A stretch of DNA of 64,000 bases from the NCBI GenBank assembly GCA_950097015.1, contig CATNEN010000003.1, positions 7,192,001-7,256,000 of the forward strand. The letters are read 5' to 3'. The notes beneath the pieces are model-generated. The model was not told the DNA's origin. It searched no databases and worked only from the letters and a program-made list of their open reading frames with translations. Below, piece by piece: positions 54,546-64,000 of this stretch (positions within the stretch are counted from its first letter, which is position 1; each line of letters starts with the position of its first letter). Both the position numbers and the translations under genes were made by a program. This DNA comes from Macrostomum hystrix. Its lineage: Eukaryota; Animalia; Platyhelminthes.

Positions 54546-56332
54546 TAACTATTGAAACTTTTGAAACTATTGAAGCTTTACCGTGCAGACGCAGCAGTAG
54601 TTTTGGACTTTGGCTCAATAATTTCGAATTAATAAGCTTAAACAATTACTACCTAGTTAGTAATTGTTTTTACGATTTTTACGATGGAACAAAAAGTGAT
54701 GTTGGGCACGCGAATTTTATACAATTTATTTAGCTGCTGTGTAGACTGTAGAGCTTGCGCTGTAGTCATATTTACAATTTGCCTCAGTAAATATCATTTA
54801 TGTAAAAAAACGTATAACTCCATTGCTTTCACCTTCTATCTCACAAAAGTGGGCTTGGTAAGGATTCCGAAACGCCAGCCTAATTAGTTTTTTTATTAGT
54901 TTTTTTTCAGTTTTTTGTGCTAAAATATCCTTGCTATTTTTTTAAATCCTTTTTGGCATCGTTTTTTTAATTTATATTCAACTTATATTTTAGAATGCTC
55001 CAGTATTAGTATGCGGTTCAGCGTGTTGCTAAGAATTATTCAGAATTCCTAACGGTATTGCTGGTTGAAAGCTGAAATTTATAACTGCGTTCAACTTTAT
55101 CAAGCTATACACGTTCGTTACTCCCAAAACTTTAAAACAACTAACAAAATAAAATGAAAAGTCGTTATAATTTCCTGCGCGAGATTTCTTAATCCAATAG
55201 TTTGGAAAAAGTTTCGTTCAATTGCAAACATAAGCTGACATCCACGTAGTGCTCTAAATAATATACGGCCGTATTTGACATGATCACTATAGAGCAAAAC
55301 AAAACAAAGCAGTAAGACCTAATTATTGAATTGAGGTGACAAATATCTAGAAATCCTTTCAAAATGACAAGCAGATTTCGGACTAGAATTAAAATAAACA
55401 ATGCGGCGACGAACTAGATTGAATTTAAATTACAAAAATGAATAACACGGTACAAAATAAAAACTGCGAAAATAAATCACTGTGCATGCACGCAACACAC
55501 TACTGCTCTGCCATCATCTAATAAGTAGTCGATTTTTGTGTCTTAAAACTAAAGTGAAAAGGGGCACGCAAAAAATGCTAAGGAGATTCGCAAAGTTGTT
55601 AATGAAGCCATTCACAATGGTGCCAGAGCTACAGAATTCTGTAATAAACTACATACTGTCATGACACTGGATGGGATAAACTAGCTTGATTCGCATTTAA
55701 AAATGTATAATTGGACTAGTTTGTTTCAATAAAAATAAATAAGAACATGCAGATAATATTAGAATAAGCAATATTACCAGTACGGTACAACAAATGTTTC
55801 AATACTAACACAATGACCAATAAAAAAACAAACTAGTTTTCTAATGAAATCGCAAGGATACCAATTAGCAAAATTGTTTTAAGCTTTTAATTCTAAGAAA
55901 TGACACTGATAAACAAGTTCAACTAAATACAGAACACTTAGGTTAGGTTAAGATGAGCACGTTGAAGACAGAAATTTCAATGTTAATAAAGCTTTGAGGT
56001 ATAAGTCAATCGCAAGGAATGAAGGACAAAAATAGTTTATTAATGACAAAGGACAGAAGAGACAGAGAGGTAAAATGTTAGTTAAGCATTCGTCTTACAT
56101 GTAGCATATGTATTAAAAAGTTCCTGGAAGAATTAGTTTTCCATTTCTCAAATAGCTACGAGTAATAATGCCAATTCAAAAGATGAAAACATTATTAAAA
56201 CATAAAAATATGTGCAGTTTGTTAGTACTTACTGACAATGCCCTGTTTAGTTTAAATATCATAGCTTTGTACTCTGAAAATGTATTGTCAGATAGTTAAT
56301 CCAGAGTTAAAACTGTGTTATCAGCAAATCTG

Positions 56333-56359
56333 ATGCTGCTACTACTGCTGCTGCTGCTG

Positions 56360-56430
<71 letters not shown>

Positions 56431-56452
56431 ACTACTGCTGCTGCTGCTGCTG

Positions 56453-56484
<32 letters not shown>

Positions 56485-56509
56485 ACTACTACCGCTGCTG
56501 CTGCTGCTG

Positions 56510-56540
<31 letters not shown>
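56333..56540. repeat. Interrupted (CAG)n/(TAG)n trinucleotide tract spanning the FARP stop codon and 3'UTR
   Basis: (gct)n/(act)n mosaic on the plus strand. Confidence 0.92.
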
Positions 56541-56541
<1 letters not shown>

Positions 56542-59500
56542 TGCCAGACATTTGGTAGCGGTTTATCTCGCGAGACTTGGCAGCCGAAATGGCACTGTTG
56601 ATTGATTCGAACCACCTATTGTTTAGAAAGACAATGAAGTATTTTTTTAACCGAGGCGTCCATGGACTGAACTGTTTTCTATGAACTGTAGGCGACCTCC
56701 AGATTTCTATGCATCTGGATAATTAATAATAATTATAATATTTGCAGGGCCCTGGCACATCACTGTTGATGACAGCCAGGAGGCAATTCAGCCCATTTTG
56801 CTGACTACTGAGCACAGACGCACGCTCACACAGGGGTGTACATCTGCTCTGACTTTCTCATCCTCAGGCAGTGTACACTCTTACTGTGTCTAGGAGGTTG
56901 GCCCTCAAAGGCGTAAATTGCATCTCTGAGCCCCAAATAAATGTGGCCTCGCCGTGGAATCGAGCTAAGGGACCTTGCATGGTGCGAGAGGCAAACGCGT
57001 TAGACCGCTAAGTCACTAATCCCTCCCAATCTGAACAATTAAAGAGCCCTTCAAGAGTGAGCCTGAGTGACATTCAATGACCCATCTCACCTCTCAAACG
57101 TGTACTGACAGTCAGTGCGAAAGAAATACTCGTGATGCTTCCATTGCAATTTGAATACGTTGCTCTTGCCCTGGGTGAGGTGGGCGTCGGATTCATCCGG
57201 CTGGTTAATCCGGTAGCCAATCAGAGGCAGCGTAGCCATGGGTGCTTCGTCCTGATTGGTTGGTAATGAATGCAGAGATTTTGATTTTGAAAAATTATTT
57301 TAAAATGTGATCAGGCCAAGCTTACGTGATAAGATTTGTAGAAGAACAGCGAGAAATGGCTGAACACAACCCACAGGCGTTGCCAGCCGCCCGAGTTCTT
57401 GAACTTTCTCAGAAGATGACCGCTGATACGACAGTCGTGACACCGAAGTACATCCTGGAAGCCGACGGTGGCGCAACGGTGCCAGCAGACGTGAGCGGTG
57501 AAAAAGCTGCGCTGCTGAATGTGATGCCGATCGCTTCCTGCGGCCGCTGAGGCAGCCAGCTGCGATGGCTGGTTGATCGGTGAAGCGAGGGACGGACTGT
57601 CGACGCCGGCTGAGTTGGCGCTCGCCACCCAGGCGATGTCGCGCAGCCACAGTTGACGATCGGCTTCGCTTCTGGCAGCCAGAACGAAGGCTCGACGAGG
57701 CCGGCCGCCGAACACAGCGAAGGCGTGTGGCTCCGAGTCGCAGGCGGCCAGAGAGGCTGCGTCGAGCATAGCGCGGTGCTCGCCGTCAGCATCGCCGGGA
57801 TCGATGGGCGCGGCTGCCACGGACTCAGGCGGTGACATTGGCAGATGGCCGTGCAGCTTCAGCAGCTGCAGGGAGCCACGGCTAGCGTAGAGCAGGCAGT
57901 CACTGGTGAGGAAGAACAGGCGAGCGGCGAAGCCACGACGGGAGAGCTTCTTCAGCCAGCCGAGGCGGACGAAGGCTGCTGGGCGCTCGGCGAGAGGGTT
58001 CAACAGAGCGTCAGCACCGTGGACATCGCGCTGCAGCTCGGCCAGCTGGTTGAGCTGCTCGGCCCGAACGCAGGCATCGCGATGCTGCGTCAGGGCGTCC
58101 AACAATTGCGCCTGCAGTAGCCGGCTGTCCTGAGCGTCTGGCGACTCTGCGTCTTCACCGTTGCCATAGTGACACAGCAGGAGGCCGCAGAGGCGGCGAT
58201 AGTGCAACAGGCGATTAGCAGGGGCCAGCAGCAGACAGGCCAGCGGCAGGTAGCACAGCTTCTGGGACTCGAAGCCTCTGATGGCGTCCTCGAACTGTCG
58301 CGAGTCGCGCAATGCCCTGAACAGGCTCAGCAGCATCTCGGGCGCCCCCTCCATGTACTTTCGGTACCAGGGCAGCAGACGCAGATGCCGCAGTAGTACC
58401 TCGGCTACTCGATGTTGCTCAAGCGGCGGAGGCGCCTGACCGTTGGCTAGTGCGGTTGCTATGGCAACGGCTGAGCGTTCCCAGGCGTGGAGGCGTTGTT
58501 CTAGATCTCGCAGTAGGTGTGCATGCTCTTCGCGCAGCTGGTCTAGGACGCTCCAGGCCGGGCCGAGGGCAGCTTCGGCATCCGGCAGGTGAGCCACCGC
58601 CCTACGCAGGTGGTCGCACAGGATCTCCAAGTCTCTCCTATAGGCTCGCTCAGTCATGAGCAGCTCTTTGCAGAGATAGTAGGGCCGCTCCGTAGGAAAC
58701 TGCTGCTTGCTCCGACGACCTCGATAGCCGCCGGCGCTGCTGAATGCGCTAGACGCCGTGGATCTAGCGTCGGCGTCGGAGTCGGCGTCGGTGGAGACGC
58801 CGCAACCGCCGCCGCCTCCACCGCCGCGGGCTGAGCTGCTGCCAGCGCCGCTCAGTGCCAGCGTGTGCGACGCCACAGACTGGGCGCCGCCGCCCATTTG
58901 ACGAGATTGTCGGTCATCGTAGTCTTCGTAGTCTTCGGCTGTGTGACGCCCGTGCGGCGGCGGTGGCGGCGGTGGCGGCGGCGGCGGCGGCGGCGGGGGC
59001 ATCGGCGGCGGCGAAGATGAGAGATCGTTGATTGGGGCGCCATTTTTGAGGCCAACTTTGGAATTTGGCTGCAAAATGGATTGAATTAAATGCGAATTTT
59101 TAATACACATCCTCAAAGGAAATGATTCTCAAAATCGAAGGGAAAATGAAATAGGGATTAAAATCCCAGTTTAATTAATTTATCAGATGAGAACATATAA
59201 AAGTCGTACTATGAGGACCTTGTGTTGAGGGATAAATATCCCAGTTTGAGGATCTGATGAGAAGGGATAAATATCCCATTTTGAGGACCCAGTTTGAAGG
59301 TACGAATATAGTTTGTAATGCAAAAAGCAAATAGGATTTAAAATCTAGGCATTGTTACTAAGAGTAGCAATAAAGAGCTAAAATGTTGTTTTAAAATGAT
59401 TCTAGTCCAGTTTTTGAAGATCATAAATTACAGTTTGACTCCGGAAGAGAAGCCAGTTTAACAGGGGCCGGTTAGTTTGCGTGGAAAAATTTCTAAAAAT

Positions 59501-62500
59501 TTCTAGAAATTTCTATCTACTTCACGAAGAGAAGATTGATTGATTATAAAATATAAAGAGAGCTTTCTGTCACAAATGGCGTAGCCAAAGGATTTCTATA
59601 TCCTCTCATTTTCTCTTCACTTATTCTTCTTTTTCTTCAGAAAGGGGTCAATGAGAGTTAGCAACAGCTGCGGCCTCTTTATTCTTCTCTTAATCTTTTG
59701 ATTTCTCAGGCAATTTTTTCCTGACGTCGAGGTGTCCTGCCTGACACTGTAAAATCCCAGCTAATATTTTTAAAGTACTTTTAAAGTGAACAGGCGATAA
59801 ACAGGTGAATGCTGCTGCTTGCTATAGACAGGGTATAAATTTGAACGGGACTTTACTAGTTAAGTGCTCAGAGTCTCATAGCCTCTAGTTAACTAGTTAA
59901 GTGCTCAGAGTCTCATAGCCTCTAGTTAACTAGTTAAGTGCTCAGAGTCTCATAGCCTCTAGTTAACTAGTTAAGTGCTCAGAGTCTCATAGCCTCTAGT
60001 TAACTAGTTAAGTGCTCAGAGTCTCATAGCCTCTAGTTAACTAGTTAAGTGCTCAGAGTCTCATAGCCTCTAGTTAACTAGTTAAGTGCTCAGAGTCTCA
60101 TAGCCTCTAGTTAACTAGTTAAGTGCTCAGAGTCTCATAGCCTCTAGTTAACTAGTTAAGTGCTCAGAGTCTCATAGCCTCTAGTTAACTAGTTAAGTGC
60201 TCAGAGTCTCATAGCTTCTCGCTGTATAAGGGTCAAATTTATGATTACAAATATTTTTACGGTCATAAAGAGGCTTAAAATGAGGATTATACTAACAAAA
60301 TTGTAACCAAAGATTGCGAAGGTCCAGTGGAATAGCCGTTGGGAATAGGAAGACTCATATAATCGGTCATTGAGTGGACGATTTAGATAGGTCATAGAGA
60401 TAAAGATTGCAGATGGCTATTGAATTAAGGAATGTGAAGGGTCATAGAAATGGTCATAGAGCTGAAGATAGTGAATGGTCATTGAGATGGTCAAAGAGCT
60501 CCCGATAGTGATGGGTCATAGAGATGTTCATAGAGCTGAAGATAGTGAAGGGTCATAGAGATGGTCATAGAGCTGAAGATAGTGAAGGGTCATAAAGATG
60601 GTCATAGAGCTAAAGATAGTGAAGGGTCATAGAGATGGTCATAGAGCTGAAGATAGTGAAGGGTCATAGAGATGGTCATAGAGCTGAAGATAGTGAAGGG
60701 TCATAGAGATGTTCATAGAGCTGAAGATAGTGAAGGGTCATAGAGATGGCCCTTAGAATAATACTGAGGTTACTGAGTATCTTCATAGAGCTGAAGATAC
60801 TAAGTGGTCATAGAGATAAAGAAATTGAATGGTCAAATAGATGGTCATACTATTGAAGATGACGAAGCGTCACAAATAAAAGTACAAACCTGATGACCTC
60901 CATCCGCATAGTCCTGAATGATGGCCAGTTCCTCTCTATCTCCCAAAATGGTGCTGGCTCGATCTGCGGAGCCTGAGACCCTGGTCCCGTAACTGGCCAG
61001 GTAAGCAGGCTGTGGCGGCGGCTGCTGCTGTTGCTGAGACGCTGGCAGACCGGGACCAGCGTCCGACTCCGACAGCGGAGGCGGTGGCAGGTCAACTCCA
61101 TCTGGAATCGTTGTTTTCAAAAAAATAATGAGACTCAAATCTCAGCCCTCGAGATAGGGAGCAGAAATCAAAATCTAACCCCATGAAACTGGATACTATA
61201 GAATCAAAATCTCACCCCTGTGAGACTGACAGCTAGTATCAAAATCTCACCCCTGTGAGACTGACAGCTAGAATCAAAATCTCACCCCTGTGAGACTGAC
61301 AGCTAGAATCAAAATCTCACCCCTGTGAGACTGAAATTTAGAATCAAAATCTTACCCCTGTGAGACTGACAGCTAAAGTCAAAATCTCACCCCTGTAAGA
61401 CTGAAATTTAGAATCAAAATCTCACCCCTGTGAGATTGACAGATACTATTAAAATCTCAACCCTGTGAGACTGACAGCTAGAGTCAAAATATCACCCCTG
61501 TGATACTGACAGCTAGTATCAAAATCTCACCCCTGTGAGACTGAAATTTAGAATCAAAATCTCACCCCTGTGAGACTGAAATTTAGAATCAAAATCTTAC
61601 CCCTGTGAGACTGACAGCTAAAGTCAAAATCTCACCCCTGTAAGACTGAAATTTAGAATCAAAATCTTACCCCTGTGAGATTGACAGATACTATTAAAAT
61701 CTCAACCCTGTGAGACTGACAGCTAGAGTCAAAATATCACCCCTGTGATACTGACAGCTAGTATCAAAATCTCACCCCTGTGAGACTGAAATTTAGAATC
61801 AAAATCTCACCCCTGTGCGACTGACAGCTAGAATCAAAATCTCACCCCTGTGAGACTGCCAGCTAAAGTCTAAATCTCACCCGTGTAAGACTTGAAATTT
61901 AGAATCAAAATCTTACCCTTATGATACTGACAGCTAGTATCAAAATCTCACCCCTGTGAGACTGACAGCTAGTATCCAAATCTCACCCCTGTGAGACTGA
62001 CAGCTAGTATCAAAATCTCAACCCTGTGAGACTGACAGCTAGTATCAAAATCTCACCCCTGTGAGACTGACAGCTAGTATCAAAATCTCAACCCTGTGAG
62101 ACTGACAGCTAGTATCAAAATCTCACCCCTGTGAGACTGACAGCTAGAGTCAAAATCTCACCCCTGTGAGACTGACAGCTAGTATCAAAATCTCAACCCT
62201 GTGAGACTGACAGCTAGTATCAAAATCTCACCCCTGTGAGACTGACAGCTAGAGTCAAAATCTCACCCTTATGAGACTGACAGCTAGTATCAAAATCTCA
62301 CCCCTGTGAGACTGACAGCTAGAGTCAAAATCTCACCCTTATGAGACTGACAGCTAGTATCAATATCTCACCCCTGTGAGACTGAAATTTCGCAGTTTTT
62401 GTTTTAAAAGTCGAAAATTTTCTGCCGAAAGTAAATTTGCATTTCCGAAAATAAACTGCCAACTTTTTGTTCGGTCAAAAAACAGTTTGATAATCAAATT

Positions 62501-64000
62501 TTCTAAATTATTCTCAACCCATAGTGGCAACTATCATAAATGTTGCATAAGTCCATACTGCCATATCGACCTTAATATACAGGAATGCATAATGAAACAA
62601 AAAAGACTGGGGGTGGGTAGTTCTAGATCGAACTGGCAAAGTTCCGTCACACATAGGATACAGCAACTCCACCCAATTTGCATTAATCAGAGTCAGCCGC
62701 AGAACCGCAGCGCGAGGCGATTGCTGGGGACGAGTAGAGTAGAGATGACTAGTTGAACTAACTGCCTAAGCTATAGCTAAGATGGCTGCACTGTATGACG
62801 ATAATAACTGTTTGGCATAGCGGTCACAAGCTACGCACTATATAGTATGTGAAGCTTATTCTCGATAGAAACTTTCGGTTTACAATTATTATTGATGAAA
62901 TTTATTACGCCGTGTATACAGCAGTTTATATAATATAATTTTATTTTAATTATCGATCCTTATCTACTTGTCATCGTCTGTGCGTTTCGTTTGTCGATTC
63001 ATGTACTTCGGGGTATGAAATTATCGATCGTCTCTATGAATGTTAATTTCCTTACGTAAGCTAGTCGATCCATTAACATAACTCTTATCTATGTTATCGA
63101 TCGTCCATCAGTGTACATTGTCTTTAATTAAATTATCGATCGTCTGGTAGTGATGTACACTGTCTTTCGTAAATTATCGATCGTTTGGCAGTGATGTACA
63201 CTGTCTTTCGTAAATTATCGATCGTCTGGCAGTGATGTAGATTGGTTTTCGTAAATTATCGATCGTCTAACCATGATGTACTTTTGACTTTCGCAAACTA
63301 TCGATCGTCTGGCCATGATGTACATTGTCTTAAATAAAATATCGATTGTCTAACGGTGATGTACACTTGACTTTCGCAAATTATCGATAGTCTGGCAATA
63401 ATTGTACACTTATATATGCACTTTATCGATCACATGTTAGCGTAGAATGCGCCTAATGTGCATTAGTGATCAGCTTTCAGTGCAAACTGTTCTGTGTACA
63501 TTAAATTAACCTACCAGGCGGCAGAGGTGTCTCTTCGGGGCCGTCCAGTCTGTTGTCGTCCAGTGCAGCGGCCGATTTAGGCGACGATCGACCGCGTCGC
63601 CTGTCGTCATTGTCGCCTTCGCCACCGTCGGGCAGCGAGCGAGCTCGACTATGCGGCGCCCGACCGCCTGGCGTAGGCGACGCTGACACGGAGCGATGAT
63701 TGCCATCGGAATTAGCGACCACAGATGCCGAAGCCGACGCAGCTGCGTTATTGTTACCATGGCGACCGTGATGATGCAATCGGAAATGATGCTGCTGATG
63801 ATGCTGCTGAAGGCCAAGCTCCCTGCTGGAGGCCAGTTCGCCAAGAAGAAGCAGCGTGTGCGAGCCGGACGAGGTCGATGTCGCTGATCGAGCTGAACTG
63901 CTGTTGATCGCGTGCGGCTGCCTGTGCTGATGCTGCTGCGAAGACTGCTGCAGGTGAGGCGCCCGCCTGGCTCCGGGTGACCGGCTGGGCAGGGATCGAG
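56516..64000 (-). CDS. FARP: FERM/RhoGEF/PH domain protein (FARP1/2-like), 3' portion; the 5' exons (FERM) lie beyond the window
   Basis: Exons >64000-63515, 61101-60890, 59068-57326, 57251-57091, 56615-56516 (GT-AG, in phase). DH start YYLCKELLMTERAYRRDLE; PH1 GWLKKLSRRG..RLFFL; HVCWHR linker; PH2 SGHLLRKFKNSGGWQRLWVVF..DEAPMATLPLIGY..YFFRTDCQYTFERW, all characteristic of FARP. Confidence 0.9.
56745..57020 (-). mobile_element. SINE family A, copy 3 (with tRNA-like head), in the last FARP intron
   Basis: Minus-strand head TAGTGACTTAGCGG (A-box-like) ... GCTCGATTCC (B-box-like); body homologous to 1730-2035. Confidence 0.72.
59856..60215. repeat. 37-bp perfect minisatellite (ACTAGTTAAGTGCTCAGAGTCTCATAGCCTCTAGTTA)n
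   Basis: ~9.5 identical units in a FARP intron. Confidence 0.95.
60430..60848. repeat. 37-bp minisatellite (GATAGTGAAGGGTCATAGAGATGGTCATAGAGCTGAA)n
   Basis: Visible tandem array in a FARP intron. Confidence 0.9.
61135..62390. repeat. 35-bp minisatellite (ATCAAAATCTCACCCCTGTGAGACTGACAGCTAGT)n
   Basis: Visible tandem array in a FARP intron. Confidence 0.95.
63010..63430. repeat. Degenerate ~41-bp tandem repeat (AAATTATCGATCGTCTGGCAGTGATGTACACTGTCTTTCGT)
   Basis: Visible tandem array in a FARP intron. Confidence 0.85.

Noticed and set aside
56307-56615. Poly-Ala and poly-Leu ORFs
   Set aside because: Alternative frames of the trinucleotide tract in the FARP last exon and 3'UTR.

Overview
Eukaryotic, animal-like genomic DNA: spliceosomal GT-AG introns, GC-rich poly-Q/Ala/Gly exons, and AT-rich, minisatellite-filled introns. 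The style resembles a flatworm such as Macrostomum, but the species cannot be established from the window. Host genes: a complete 6-exon YME1L/FtsH i-AAA protease (minus, 5779-12649); an intronless secreted PAN-like + C-type lectin (17453-18214) with an inverted pseudogene copy and a small fragment; an AIG1/GIMAP GTPase (48612-49520) with a pseudogene and a fragment; and the 3' part of a FARP-type RhoGEF (DH-PH-PH, minus, 56516 to the window end). The centrepiece is an apparently intact ~20.8 kb Helitron (23295-44081, minus; TC...hairpin-CTAG ends at an AT site). It encodes a 9-exon ~1855-aa STPR-repeat/OTU/Rep(HUH-Y2)/PIF1-helicase protein, a 3-exon RPA70-like two-OB-fold protein, and a divergently oriented small zinc-knuckle/poly-Q ORF. 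It is built from two tandem copies of one non-coding scaffold (1.2-kb block, 31-bp satellite, shared 3'UTR module, 23-bp repeat block), each holding different gene cargo. Also present: a non-autonomous relative of the Helitron, a hAT MITE with a perfect 8-bp TSD, two SINE families and many tandem repeats. Exon boundaries and protein lengths were derived by hand.
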